Part shown: positions 37,201-50,515 of the stretch, piece after piece
Layout of the letters: the number at the start of each line of letters is the position of its first letter
How positions within the stretch are numbered: position 1 is the first letter of the stretch
Assembly: GCF_000143415.4 (NCBI RefSeq)
Contig: NW_003314261.1
Span: forward strand, 4,380,691 to 4,444,690
DNA: 64,000 bases
Reading direction: 5' to 3'
Source: Selaginella moellendorffii
Taxonomy: Eukaryota; Plantae; Lycopodiophyta
Program-made: the position numbers and the translations under genes
The notes under the pieces: model-generated
What the model was told of the DNA's origin: nothing
What the model saw: only the letters and a program-made list of their open reading frames with translations
The model's database searches: none

Positions 37201-38739
37201 GTCTCTCAATATTTACTAAATGATAACTTACCATATTTGCCAAACACCCTCGCTATCATGCCCTTTGTGTTAGTTTCAATTTGGTCCCAAATGCTATTTA
37301 TGGAAAGTGTCCAGATTTGCTCATTTGGTATATCTATGGAATGTAGAGATTTTCTTGAACACAATGGTGTTCATTCCATATCCAAATTCACAATCTAGGG
37401 ATATTCCATATTTAGTAGGTTTCGAACTTGTCCTAGAGACTAACTCTTGATACTAAGGGAGGCTTGGGGTGAAAGCCTAAAGCATGTGTTCCTTAGAGGG
37501 GGAGGGATATAGAGGGATCCAAATATATAGTAGGGATAGTGGGTAGGTTAAGCATGGTTGACCAACTTTAGGCATAGTTTAGCTCTTGCTTGTGTGCCTG
37601 TCCTTGTTCTGCGTTTGACTTGGGTTTAAGTCTAAGTTCCATTCCATGCTAGTTGGTGGAGTACCTATGTCTTCAAGTTAAGCCATTGGTATGCTGAAAT
37701 AGTGATAAACTTCGTTTAGCTCCATTTTTCATGTTGATCCTAGCATTGGGATATTAGTTGCTCTAAGATTGTTCCAAGTTGCTCCGTACTCCTATCCCTT
37801 CGCTCTTTGGGCTGTAAGTTTGGGAGTTGCTCCATGCTCCTATACCATTGCTCTTTAGCTTCATACTTGGGAGTTTGGCACTATTCCTTCATTTAGTGGC
37901 TCAAGGCCTTGAAACTCGAGTTCCACACCACTATCCTTTGGGCATGTAGCATATGACATGTGGCATATAGAGGGTTAGGTTCCATTTTGTGGTTATCTTA
38001 TAGTAAATCACCATAGAATAAGGGGTAAAAACCACATGCGCTACGTTTGGTATTAGAGAATGAGTCTCGGCAAGTATTATCTAATGAGATTGGGCAACTA
38101 GTCTTATTGCATATGCAATAATGAAAACAATGATCCAAATGGGTACATGTTTGGGTGCAAAGGCTTTGCAATTATTCCTTGGGTATGGATTTGGTTACCT
38201 TTTTGTACCATAATAATGTGAGCTTGCTCTTGAGCTCCTAAAAGGGATTGAGTTATTCCGTTTGCACAAATTTGCACTTGAGCTCATGAGTAAGGCACAT
38301 TAGCAACTCAAGGTTACACTTTGAGTTGGCAGGATTAATATTAGCCTATCGGTGGTTCCATGAGTTGTTTCATGTACCATGGGTGAAAGTAAACCTTCCC
38401 TAGGTTTGCTATGAGTGGCAAATACCTAGGTTTGCTATGAGTGGCAAATAAGCTGGTTCGTAGTTGTTTAGCACGGCACTGGTGGATCCTTCCTAGGCAT
38501 GATTACAAATGGATCCACTATTATAGTGTTTAATTATTTCTAAAATTAGAGTTTTGTTTTGCTTGTAAAGCATAAGTAAAGTATTTGGTAAAGGTAATAT
38601 AGATGGCAATATCACTTGACCATGTTGACAACACATAGCAATGTTCTCATCTTTAAAATGCAATGCATTACAAAAAATACAAATACATAATAAAAAACCA
38701 ATTTCAAAAGTTGAAATTTGTGAATCTTTGTAAATATGG

Positions 38740-40080
38740 TTTGTGAAGATGGAGTGTAAGTGACTAAAATTTCCATTCTACTTTAGTCACTTAACCATAC
38801 CTCGGACCACTTGAAGGAGTCTCACTCACAACCTCCATAAATCATATTTTGGACTTAGGGACTTGCTAGCCTCAAAAATGGCATCCCTACCACTCAACTT
38901 TTGCACTTGGTCCAAGTGCTCTACATGTTTGATCCCATGACCAACACCCCAAGGTACCACCGACATATCAGCCTGTTATGCTAAGGTTATGCCCCTTCAC
39001 CTTGGTCACACCAGTGGTCTACCACCACCTACATCCTAGTCCCGTCTCCCAAAAACTAGGCTATCCATTCACGAGTGATCATCCTAGATCCACTCTTAAG
39101 CATCCTTAGGATGCCCGCAGGCATAAGGAATAGCCTTCCCCAACATCCCTTTTCCGGTCCCCACCAAGTCCCTTTCTATCCATGGCCATATTTGCCAACA
39201 CTGCCATTAGATCAAGGCCCACAGCCTTGACCACTAAGTCCCATGGTCCTCTGGGACTTCCTCACCACACGACTGTATCTTTAATCCCTACACTAGAGGA
39301 TTGCTCCTCTTCCTTTCCATAGTTTGGGCCTTTAGGATAACATTTCAGAACACCGTGGCCCTACGCGAGCCTCGTGGGTACTCTCCCCACCTTCCACCTT
39401 TGGGTGCTCTAGCCATGGGCTTAGAGTGAAGTTCCATTGAGCCATGCTAGATATCCAAGTAAGTAGTGCCACCCACACTTGGACTGGGAGCATCAACCAT
39501 TTGATCTCCCAAGGGAACTAAAGCCGACTCTTGAACACTTTACCAAGCTACCCCGCTTGTTGGTCCATATTCACTCAGTCTTGGACTTCCTAGTGGTCAA
39601 CTCATCACCCAACACTTGGGTACAGCCTTCCTGGGCCAAACTGGCTCCACTAGGCTCCAACCCCCACACTCTCCCTACTATACTTTTGGAACCCCCCGCA
39701 CTCCATCTCGAGTCCATCTCGGACTCCATCTCGGGTCCATCTCAGGTCCATCTCAGATTCCATTTTGGATCCATCTTAGACTCCACCTCAGACTCCATCT
39801 CGAGTCCATCTCGGGTCCATCTCGGACTCCATCTCAGGTCCATCTCGGACTCCTCCACGTGTCATGTGTTGGTCCTCTTGTGTCCCTTTTCTAGAGACTC
39901 ATTTATTGCTTGCTTTGTGCTTGTTTCTCGAGCACTTTGTTGGGAGTTCCACTCCTGCTCTTGACCTTTCAAGTCGGAGCTTTTAGTCTAAACGTGTTAC
40001 ATTCGTTTGGCTTTCGCTTCGGCCACTACCACGTGGCACCCTTTCGGCTCCACTTTGGGGCCTAGGGATTTTGTGTCTCA
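38740..40080 (-). mobile_element. Probable solo LTR of the family seen at 2693-3040
   Basis: The right end is the reverse complement of TGAGACACAAAATCCCTAGG with the same tandem repeats. Candidate TSD TATGG at 38735-38739 and 40081-40085. The left terminus lacks a clean TG, so that boundary is uncertain. Confidence 0.65.
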
Positions 40081-41799
40081 TATGGAGATGGTGTAGTGGA
40101 TATTGCTTGATGTGTATATATTTCATTTTGATCTGAAGTAATTTGAAGCAGCTCAGGGTGTTTATTAGAATTGTTAGTATCAAAATACTTATCAAAATGA
40201 TTGGTATTTCTTATAGTTCTAAGAAGATGACAAAGGTGAGGCATAATTTAAAATTTTCAAGTACAAAGCTAGAAAACTATAGCTTATGCAAGTTCGTGTT
40301 TGTAAACAAACTTGAATTTGCAAGAGAAATATGAAACAATATTTAATATGTGGTGGAGGCTAAGGATATAAACAAACACAAACTTGTTGTGTGCTTCGTT
40401 CTGTGTGCTCATTTAGGGTTTTCCAATTGTTTGCCAGAGAAAGGTGTGCCACAAACTAAGAAGAAAGACTAGCTTTTCGCTGCAAGTTGTTGTGATTTTA
40501 GTGGTGCCCTCAAGCCCAAAACTTAATCGTGAGATTTAGGGTTATGTGAAGCAAGAGCTAAAAAAGTGTGTCGTGCCAAATACAAATTGGATTTGGCCCA
40601 TTTGGGCGACTAGGATTTCCATAACATTGCAAGGCATTGAGGTTTGTCACCACTTTAGCTACAGCAATAGCAGTGTCAGATCAGTCATCGCCATAGCTCA
40701 AGAATCGCCAATGCTGCCACAGAGCGACAGTCATATGGAGCTGATCCAAGGCATGGAAATCGTGATCGGCAGTGATGGATTGACCATAAAAGTGCCATGG
40801 ATTTCAATCCCTCTCTGATTACCAAGAGATCTTTGGCGACAAATGTTTTGTTGTAGTCTATTCTAGATTTTTGAGAGGATCAAGCACTCCAGCAGCAGCA
40901 ACAACAACACAGGATCAAGCCAAGTGCACAGGCAAAGGGAAAATCTGAGGAGTCAAAAGGAATGGATTTCTTGAGTCGATTTCTTCGTGATGATGAAGAA
41001 ATGAGGGATCTCATACTTTCACCGAGTTTAGGACTTTGCCGAAAGCAGCCGTGCTTTTTCTCGGGTTACAAACGAGACACCCCTCCAAGTGTTTCTCACG
41101 GGGTGGAAGGATTTGATCTAGATTGGAGTTCAGTGCACCACAGAAAGCTCACGTCGTGCTTTGAATTGATCAATCAAACTTTTTTTTAGCTAAGCCTTGC
41201 TTTTCTTTCATCCAAGTAGCTGAATCATCTTTCTTTATTTTTTTTATATTAAGAAAAGTTTATGTAAAAGGGTGGATTCCTTTGAGCTTGTGGCTTGCTC
41301 CTCCGATGGAACGGTCAATCTATGGGAGTTTTCACTAGTACTTTCAAAATGGTGGTGAAAGTCCATGACATAGATGCTAATGTGATCTTTTGGAATAAGC
41401 AAATGGTTATCAAATCACCAGATCTTCCTCGCAGCTTTGGGCTGCTGCTGCTGCTCAAGTGATCTCAATACCCAAATGACAAGTGCAACTACGGTCAACA
41501 CATTTGCATGTGACATGCATCGCCAGGCCTTCCTCTCTTGCCACACGCGGTTTGGCTACCTCCCATTGGTTGGGAGCAAACATTAGCATGATTATTCGCT
41601 AACATGTGGTTAAAAAAATAACCCCTTTATAGTTACCCCCTATCAGACAATTGCAATTGGCTGGATCCAACGGCCCAAAGAGTTTGGCAACTCCTCCTTA
41701 TTATGATAGATAGCTATGATGTTCTATACGATTATCCTTCGAGTCATCCTTGTCCATCATAGCTTCTACATATCTCTTCACTGATTGCATGCTTCTAGT

Positions 41800-43150
41800 G
41801 CCACTCATAAATGAGAGCTGGTATAGGACCTTATAATACATACACTTAGCTCTTCCAAATGGGGAGTCTTGAAATGCAAGAGATACCTCACTTCATATCC
41901 ATGATATACCATTTATTTACACACCCTTAGTGTAGGGCAGGCATCCATGAGTGCTTGTGCCACTTACACCTGAATATTCCTTATTTCCAAGGTGTGCACA
42001 TGAGGAAGCTATAATCTCTATGGTGCTAGTGCCCCATATGCATAATCCCAAACAACCTTTTGCATCGTGGAAGAAAACTACTTCAGTGCCTTAAATAGAA
42101 GACTACCTTCAAGTTTCTTAGCATGGAAAATAGTCAGACACTGCAGACCATGCTTGTTGGACATGGCAGTCTTGAACAAGGCCTCAGAAAATGGATCCTA
42201 AGGAAACTTGAAGACTAAAGTGGGGACTTGATTGCACAGAAGATGCCAGTTGGGTGACACAAGAGACAGCCTCATTAAATCCTTTGCATTATCAAACCTA
42301 TTCAAGATGAGTTGCAACACATCATCAAAAAGAACAACATCCAAACTCCTCTCCTTTGCTTCGGAACCAGCTGCCATTCTTACAGAAAAAGGCAAACCTA
42401 ATTTACCTTTGACCATTATTAACAATAACTTCAACAAAGGCATTCATGTTCTACTTGATGTTGTTAAATCTATGAAGCAAAACCAATATGACAAGAAATC
42501 CAAAAACAACTACACCACAAACCTATAGATATAGCGTTGAGGTGCCATCACTAGGAGAGTAATACAAGGGACTGTCCCTCCTCCGACCATTCAACCTAAT
42601 CCAAGTGTTTATCAAAAACAATGAAGATCTCACTTTATTAACTCTATAGTGTACGTAAGCAGCCTATGATCCTTTGAAAGTTTGAAGACTCCTAGCTACA
42701 TGTAGTCTGCCATTGATATCGATCAGAACTTGGATCATCAGGATCACACCCCAAGACTTGGAATTCTGCTTTGGCTTTCAGGAAAATGCTAAATTTCTTA
42801 AGCAGTGGGCAGCCCAACAGTAGCTCCTCCATATCAAGATTCATATTCATGTGAAGTAACTTGCAATGTTGCAACTAACTCAACTTCACTACCTTTTAAC
42901 ATGATCACATCCTTCCAATGCTACTTGGGATAGGGTATACATACACTACTATTGAAACACTCAATTGGAAAATTCTGAATCAAAATCTTCCAACTTGGGA
43001 GCCTTGAAATGTAACAAAGCCCCTTGATATATATGAGATATTACCTGTGTTTTACACACCCTCAGTGTAGGACAGGCATCCACAAGCACTTTGTGCTACT
43101 TCAATCTAGAGTTTTTTAAGTGTGTACATGAAGAAGCCATAATACATATG
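41800..43150 (-). pseudogene. Two tandem F-box/LRR-type pseudogene fragments
   Basis: F-box motif LFDDVLQLILNRFDNAKDLMRLSLVSPNW (42198-42443); segment ~41915-42020 is repeated at ~43050-43145; EELLLGCPLLKKFSI LRR-like; stops present. Confidence 0.7.
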
Positions 43151-43169
43151 AAAATTTAAAGGATCCAGA

Positions 43170-43856
43170 TGTAAGCTCCTAAGTTTAGACTTCCCGGGAG
43201 GTCACCCAGCCCAGTACTATTCAAACCCAAGGACGCTTAACTCCAAATATCCCAAGACCCTTAACCGATTGGAAAAAAGGGTGCACTCTTGTTCATGGGC
43301 CCTTTCCCTCTATATTTGAACCCCAATGGATCGTCTTTCGAGTCGTTCCCTTTGGTTGCTTACAATCCACCACGCTTCCCTGCAAGCTGAGAGCTGTAGC
43401 TCTCCCGAGAGCCCCGCTCTCTTGACACCCTACCCCTCGGGTCGAGCCCAGCGGGAGCAAACTGGACCAGCCAGATGTCAATCAACTTGTGGTGCGATTC
43501 CCCTAGCTAACCAACAGAGTCGGACCCCGCTCTCTTGACACCCTACCCCTCGGGTCGAGCCCAGCGGGAGCAAACTAGACCAGCCAGATGTCAATCAACT
43601 TGTGGTGCGATTCCCCTAGCCAACCAACAGAGTCGGACCCGAGACCCCCTCTGATACCAAATGTAAGCTCCTAAGTTTGGACTTTCCGGGAGGTCACCCA
43701 GCCTAGTACTATTCAAACCCAAGGACGCTTAACTCCAAATATCCCAAGACCCTTAATTGATTGGAAAAGGGGGTGCACTCTTGTTCATAGGCCCTTTTCC
43801 TTTATATTTGAACCCCAACGAATCGTCTTTCGAGTCGTTCCCTTTGGTTGCTTACA
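43170..43856 (-). mobile_element. Cassandra-type TRIM with 5S rRNA-derived segment in each LTR
   Basis: 195-bp LTRs 43170-43364 and 43662-43856 (TGTAAG...CTTACA). PBS-Met rc (ctctgatacca) at 43649-43659. TSD CCAGA/CCAAA. LTR reverse complement reads gagttaagcgtccttggg...agtactgggctgggtgacctcccgggaagtc, matching the 5S A/C-box region. Internal 113-bp tandem duplication. Confidence 0.92.
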
Positions 43857-45039
43857 CCAAAGAAATATATAGACATCTCAAATCACATCTGAAGCAGTTT
43901 GATGTAAAATATAAGTACTTAAAGGTCATAATAAAAATAATAAATAAGAAAAAGGAAAAATAAGTAAAAATAAATTAAAAAATAAAAAATAAAAAAACAA
44001 CAAATAAAAAAGAATTAAAAACAATTCTAGGAGATTTGACAAGAATGCAAAAAAAAAAGAGTTTCATCATCAAAAACAATATAAAACATAAAGATAAAAG
44101 AAAAAGCTTAATAAATTCTTTTTGCAAATGAAACAACAAAAAACAATTCAAAAAAAGTATCTTTTCTGATTAAGAAAGACATTTCAATCAACTTGAAAGA
44201 ATATAAAAATGCACCAAGTATTTTTAATAAGATTTTAAAACTTTGGAATATGTAAATATAAAGAAATCTCAAAAAAAGCAAAGGCTAGTAGAGCTTTTGC
44301 AAAAAAAAGAAAATTGAAGATTTCCCAAAAGAATTTCAAAATAACAAAGTTAACACCATTAACAAAAGAAATCAAAGATTTTATAAAAGAATCTCAGAAA
44401 GAGAAAGGACTAATAGAACTTTTGTTAAATAAAAAATTGTGAATTTTCATAAGGGAATTTTGAAAATGATAGGGCATCATTTTTAAAACAAGAAGATTAA
44501 GGTTCCATAAGGATATCTTAAAAATAATAAAGTAACACCATGAAAAGTAACTTAAGATTTCTTAGGATAATCTCGAATGAAGAAAAGATCAATAGTACTA
44601 TTAAAGATGGATGAGGATTTCATAAGGGGAAATCTTAGAAAAAAAATTTTAACAAAAAAAAAGATCAAAAATATTAATTTTTTGAGTAGAAATATTTCAG
44701 AATGTGAGAATAAAAATAACAAAGCATGGATATGAAATTCGAAAAGAATAAAAAATCTAAGAAAAGATCATATATACCAATTTTGAGAATGAATTTCTTT
44801 TTCAAATTGAAAATTAGTGAAAAACTCAAATGAATGTAAGAAAATACTAAACAAATTCTTTAAAAAAAGTTGTTAAAAAATATTTTTTAAATAATATAAA
44901 TAAATTTTAAAAAGAGAATTTATGAACAAAAGATGAGAGCAAGGATGCAGAATAAATACAAATGATGAATCTAAGTGAATTTAAGCTGTTGGGATGTTAT
45001 GTTACACACATTTCTTTTTTAAAAAATATTTTAAGTTAT

Positions 45040-46490
45040 ATTTCACCCTATCAAGCTTTTTCAATTTCACAACACCAACTTCACCTTTGCTTCAATTTCA
45101 ATTCACCTCCAACTTTTGAATCACACAAGGGTTAGGGACCAATTACCCAGTCCCAACCCTCACCACTTCAAGCACTAGAGTCTTGGACTTGAACCCATAG
45201 ACCCCACCCTCGTCACATGTGCATCCAGCATAGATTAGGATGATCATTCCAAGTAGTTGTACCATCCCAATTAGTGAACTCCAATTGTCAAAAGCATACT
45301 TAAATTAAGAGGGCTTGTACCCTCCTCACTTCAAGGTGTTTCGTGCACTAAGGTACATCAAGGGCCTAGCAGTCTCCCTATTTCTACCTTACACACTTCT
45401 GCAACATCTGAGGGTTAAAGGGTCATGATGAGGTAAGGTACCTTAAGGTACAACTCACCTAGGGTCATCTTAGTCATCACAATCACAACACATACTAAGT
45501 TAGAACCGTAGTGAGGACAAACCCAAAAAGTCACTGCTTTATCATCCACCTGCGAGCATGAGACTCACACTAAGCTTGAAGGCCTGAGCCACACGCTCAC
45601 GTTGTCCTCATGACAAGACAAACTTGTCATTGCCATTCAATATCTTTCTCATTAGACTCTTCATTTTCAACTTTTGAGTTCAAGTTCACATATTCTAGAC
45701 TTCGCTTTCACTAAGTCTAACTCGTAGTGTGCTTATGCACATTACACCTTTTGACTTCTGGACCACATTGGTCAAGGTAGTACCTTAATCACTCTTAGTT
45801 CCTTTAGTCTCTGGAAGATATGTTTTGACCCTTCAAGTTCTGAGTTAGTCTTCACCCTTATCGATCATTGAGTCATCTCGAGTAGGAAGTTAGTCCTTCT
45901 CCAAACTTCCCATTTGGTTAAGAGCTACAAGCTCTCATTTCATCAACACTAGTAAGACTAGTCAACCATGACTCTTTCATCTCACTCGATTGCTCAGCAA
46001 TCACATGTCCATGATAACACCGTTGAGAGTTCTAACTTAGCCCGAACTTAGTTTAAATGAGCCTTAGACTCATCCACAACAGTGAATTATGACATTGTCA
46101 AGTTGAAGACTCCACTAGCTAGGGAGGAGCATGAGTCTCCACCCAAGTAGTGAGACTTAGCCCACATATGAGCACTAGCATGCTTCAGGAGAGTAGAGGC
46201 ACAAGGCCTTGAGAAGAGCGAGTCCAGTCCAAGACAGCTGAAATTAGTGGCCAGGCTAGGCTCAGCCTCTAACTTAGACATTCTCATACTTGCTTTCTCC
46301 ATATTATTTAAGTACATGAGGGCACAAACCCTAGGCCCCCTCCTCGAAAAAATTAACTCTTGGGGCTAGCATGCACTAAAAGTTAGAGAGAGAGAGTAGT
46401 TTTAGGACATTAACTTTGTGTAGAGAGAGAATAATCAGGTACTTAGACAAATTTCATATTTATCTTAAAGAGAGAGTGCCCAAATTAACA
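45040..46490 (-). mobile_element. Probable LTR-derived relic (boundaries and TSD not resolved)
   Basis: Moderate-GC island in AT-rich DNA with LTR-like composition; no termini pair or TSD confirmed. Confidence 0.3.
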
Positions 46491-47490
46491 TCTTAATTTA
46501 AAGGTGTAATATGTCATGCAACCATCATCAAATTAACTATGAATGTCAATAATATACGAAAACTTTCGCAATAATAAAAAATGTGCAAGAAGAAAAAAAA
46601 ATTTCTCAAAGTTCATAAACAAATTAGTGGGATATTTACATCAACTATGAGATCTCACATCAACAACAAAAAAAGTGTAAAATTGTAAGAAAACTTTACA
46701 ATCTTGGGGGTACATCTTTTATTCATTATTCATTAGGGATTTAGTCCTTTGGGCTTTATCTAATGCCCTCATTATTCCAAAAACCACTCCCTGGTATTTT
46801 AGAGTGTTTTAGTGTCCAGGACAATACAATTGTATTATGAATAAAAATAAGTGTGAGAAAAGGTTAAAAAATTAATTAATTTTTAACAGGTTAATGAGTA
46901 TTTAAGCAGAGGCAATATAAAAGAATGTGAGTTAAGGACTCCATCCTCAAAACTTTGAAAGGTTTTTTTTTTAGTGGGACTTATATCCTTTTTTAGTTTT
47001 AGTTTCAGTTTCAATTTGAGTGTGGAGCAGGGAAGAATCTTGGCCTTGGATGAGTAGTTGATGTATTTAGTTGACTCACTAGGCTTGAATCCCATCTTTG
47101 AAGTTCTGTATAAAGTTTGAAGTTTGACTTTGGAGTGAAGTTATTGTATTTGAGAAGAAAATTTTCGAGTTGATTATTTGTTTAAGGGTGGAATTTGCGG
47201 GTTTCTTTTGCCTTAAGTGTGTCACAGGATTGTATTAGTGCTAAATCTTCCATTGCATTCTGATCTAGTGCAATTCGTAGCCGTCTTAGTGCAATGGATC
47301 TATTGTGTTTGGAGGGAATCTAAAGGAGTTGAGTCTCTGTTTGGGTTGGAGAGTTGTTGAGGGACTTTTCTGTTGGATTTTTAACTGATTTTTGAGCTTG
47401 CAGTTCATAAGAACCGGGACAAACTATCACTGGAGCCAACAGGTACTCAGTTCCTGCGCATACATTCATTTAGCTAATGATCTTCAACAG

Positions 47491-49807
47491 ACTCTGAGGA
47501 TGACGAAGAATTAAATCCAGTTTTTTATCTGAAGGTGTGATAGTCAATTTTCGTTCTTCTGCTGTCTAAAACAAGAGTTTGTTTTCATTTTCTACAGGGG
47601 GAAGAAAGTGAAGATGAGGTAACACGGCTGCTTGGTATTTCTGAAGTTATAATATGCAACGTCTGTTACAGGAGGACGAAGACATGGGAGAAGAGGAACT
47701 CGATGACATGGCTGCCAAAAGTAACTCCGACTATGTCCTTATAGTCACGATACACTAACTGTTTATTATTTTTCCAGTTGAAAAACAGGCAAAATACACT
47801 GGAAGAAAATGAAGCTCGACGAATACAACAAAAAATAGCAGAAAGCCATCGACCGGAAGATTTTGACCAGGTTTCTGATGACGACATACCTGAAGAAACT
47901 GATACCTTGGAGGTACAAGACAGTTTTGATTATATTACATATTGATCTCGAATGATATTCACAGAAACTCGTAGAGCGAAGTGATCAGTTGGTCAAAGAC
48001 AAGGTCAAAGACAAAACATCAGATGTACCCATTGAGAAAGTAAAGAAAGATTTTGACTCTCTTTCCAAGGATGAAAAGTTGCAAGTGGTAATGAGGTGAG
48101 GCGATCTTCTCAAATCAAGTTCGTCAGTTAATTCTCACGTTGTTTACAGTAATGCTCCAGAGCTTGTTGGCCTTCTAACTGAATTAAAGGAGGCGCTGCA
48201 CGAGCTGGAACATAAAGTGCAACCCTCTTAAAGAAGGTAAATACGTCTTAGCAGTGGCTTCGGAACACTTACATTTCTCTATTGTTAACAGTTGGAGGAC
48301 GGGAACTTCGCAACTAGAGAGGGCAAAAACTACATGGAAATGAAGCATATGCTTCTTTTGAGTTACTGCCGAACTATCGTTTTTTATCTGCTTCTCAGAG
48401 CAGAAGGGCGATCAGTCTGTGATCATCCAGTGATTGCAAAGCTGGTTGAAATTCGGACGTTGCTTGAGAAGGTGAGTTTGTGCATTATTTTTGTGATATT
48501 CCAAATAAATATGGTGATCAACACCAGGTACGTCCAATAGACAAGAAACTGCAACAACAAATTGATAAACATATGGTACTAGATACTTCCAAGTTGCCGC
48601 AACAGGAGGATTCCGCTAAGGATGAAGTAAAGGTACAGGAATCTCTTATCACCATTAGCTTTCAAAATATATGTAATGAATTAGTTCAGCAGGAGTCAAA
48701 GGCGACTGCAAATGGAAACCATAAATCAAAACATTTGCGGCACAACGTCCAAAATGCTAAGCCAGCTGAACAGGTATCTCTGAATACGTATATATAACAA
48801 TTCTGTCTTACAGCCACAGTTTGTCGGAGAAGAAAGCAGAAACATGCTAAGAGAGATGGAAAGACTACAAGAAAAAGCTAGACGTGAGCAGTTACTGGAG
48901 CAGACTAGAGTTTCAGAACTCCAAACTGGAAAAAGGCGTGAGGCGAAACGGTGAGACTACAGCACCAGACCTTTCTTTTTCATCAACATTCATATGGCAG
49001 GCACCGTGGGCTGCTGGATGACTTGGAGGATGATTTGGGTGCCCTTGACCAAGAGTCGCAGCCGAAAACCATATCGCGAGTTGTTGCTGAAGCTGGAAAA
49101 CGTCAAAAGAAGCCAAAAGTGAGTGTTTAGAACGAGTACGCCTTGTCACTAAACGCGGCTTGGCAGATCATTTCAAGCGATACCGACCTGCCTGTGAAGG
49201 AGTACATTGGAGAAAGAAGAAGAAAGCGTGAGGTCCAGACCTCTGGTCGGGCGGAATCACCTGTTGAACAATCCGAAGATGACGATGATGGTCAAACACA
49301 GCGAGAGGATGAGTTTTATCAAGAAGCGAAAGCAATCAAACTCGCCAAGGATGCCGCCAGGGCCGCCAAGTACAAAAAATAAGCTGATAGCCTTGTTCAG
49401 TCTCTGGAATTTTGATAATTGTCGTGCAGGGAGCCTGTTCCAAAACCAGAACTTGACATGCAAGAGACGAGAAGGCACATTAAAACCGAGGTAACGCCAT
49501 GGCATTCCTCTTTAACATAATTGTTTGATTTGTTTTCCCTGTGCATTCAACAGATGGAGAAGAATCGTGGACTAACACCATATCGCAAAAAGGCCTCGAA
49601 GAATCTACGGAAGAAATTCAAGGTAAGATGATTATATGCTAGCACAGGGCTCACCATCGTTTTCGTCTTGCTCCTCAGATGATGCATGGAAAGGCGGTGA
49701 CAAGACGTAAAGGACAAGTCCGGGACATCAGAATGGGAGCAGGACCATATGGAGAGGAATCCACTGGTGTCCGCACAAATTTGAGTAGAAGCGTCAGATT
49801 AAGTTAG
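47491..49807 (+). pseudogene. SAS10: SAS10/UTP3 (SSU processome component) copy with disabling lesions
   Basis: YMEMKHMLLLSYC...HPVIAKLVEIRTLLEK|VRPIDKKL (Sas10/C1D domain) and C-terminal EKNRGLTPYRKK...RRKGQVR...YGEESTGVRTNLSRSVRLS*. Apparent 1-bp deletion at ~48225 (ccctcttaa) and lost GT donor at ~49379. Confidence 0.85.
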
Positions 49808-50172
49808 TCATGCTTAAAAAATGTTAACAAATATGAAAAAAAAGGAATGAACTTGAAAGTTGTCAAGCCTCTTCTGCAGATATGATGTTTTTCGAGAGTT
49901 TTGAATCAGGAATGCATAAGTCGAAAGTTATCCTTCCATCTTGAGAATGATGAAATTTGGCATCAGAATGGAAGCAGGACCATATGGAGGTTAGAAAACT
50001 TATGAAAATTTCATAAGGGAATTTTTCGAGCTTGATGAGAGTTCAGGTCAAAAGTTTTGAATCAGGATCATAAGTTGAAAGTTAATCATTTCATCTTGAA
50101 CCCGAAATTATTGACCATGAAAAATGAATATGAACAGTTCATTTACAAAACCTTAACAAAATTTTGAAGTCT

Positions 50173-50515
50173 CTACACATTTGGAATCCTTCCAGCCTGC
50201 CCGTCCCGGGGCTCAAAGTCGGATGCTGCATTCTTGTCCGCAGCGGACTGTAATGTCGCTGCAATTCCACCACGCTGTGCGACTCCACCACTGTTCCTCT
50301 GCTCCGCGGCTTGAACCCTTGCAGCATCTTCGTGAGTCACCACCTTATCAATTGGCATCTTTGCGCTGGCATTCTGTACCACCACCACAAAGAAAACAAA
50401 AATCCAAACGAGTTACAGCCACGAAAACCTCTTGAGAAATATCTCCAACTTACAGCACGTCATGGACTGTGGGAATTTCGTCTATGGCACCAGCCGCATT
50501 CTTGTTCGCATTGCT
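50173..50515 (-). pseudogene. Seed maturation protein (SMP / LEA D-34) 3' fragment
   Basis: MPIDKVVTHEDAARVQAAEQRN...GGIAATLQSAADKN, plus an upstream exon piece ANKNAAGAIDEIPTVHDVL|gtaag; no 5' part found. Confidence 0.75.

Larger units (their letters stand above)
18052..38515 (-). mobile_element. Older, diverged copy of the same LARD-like element; its 3' LTR (18052-18227 + 31664-32399) is split by the DNA transposon and its 5' end is inverted
   Basis: Collinear similarity of 31664-36923 to ~8806-14129. Inverted LTR 36931-38045, followed by PBS-like tggtattagag and leader sequence to 38515. Confidence 0.85.

Noticed and set aside
40560-40860. Possible CACTA end (ttttgttgtagtc with GCGAC subrepeats)
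   Set aside because: The terminus is imperfect and no partner end or TSD was found.
43185-43245. Functional 5S rRNA gene
   Set aside because: Only the internal ~60 nt match, they are duplicated within LTRs, and the 5S 5' end and terminator are missing.
43920-44940. A-rich strand-biased tract
   Set aside because: Low complexity, with no period, ORF or termini detectable.
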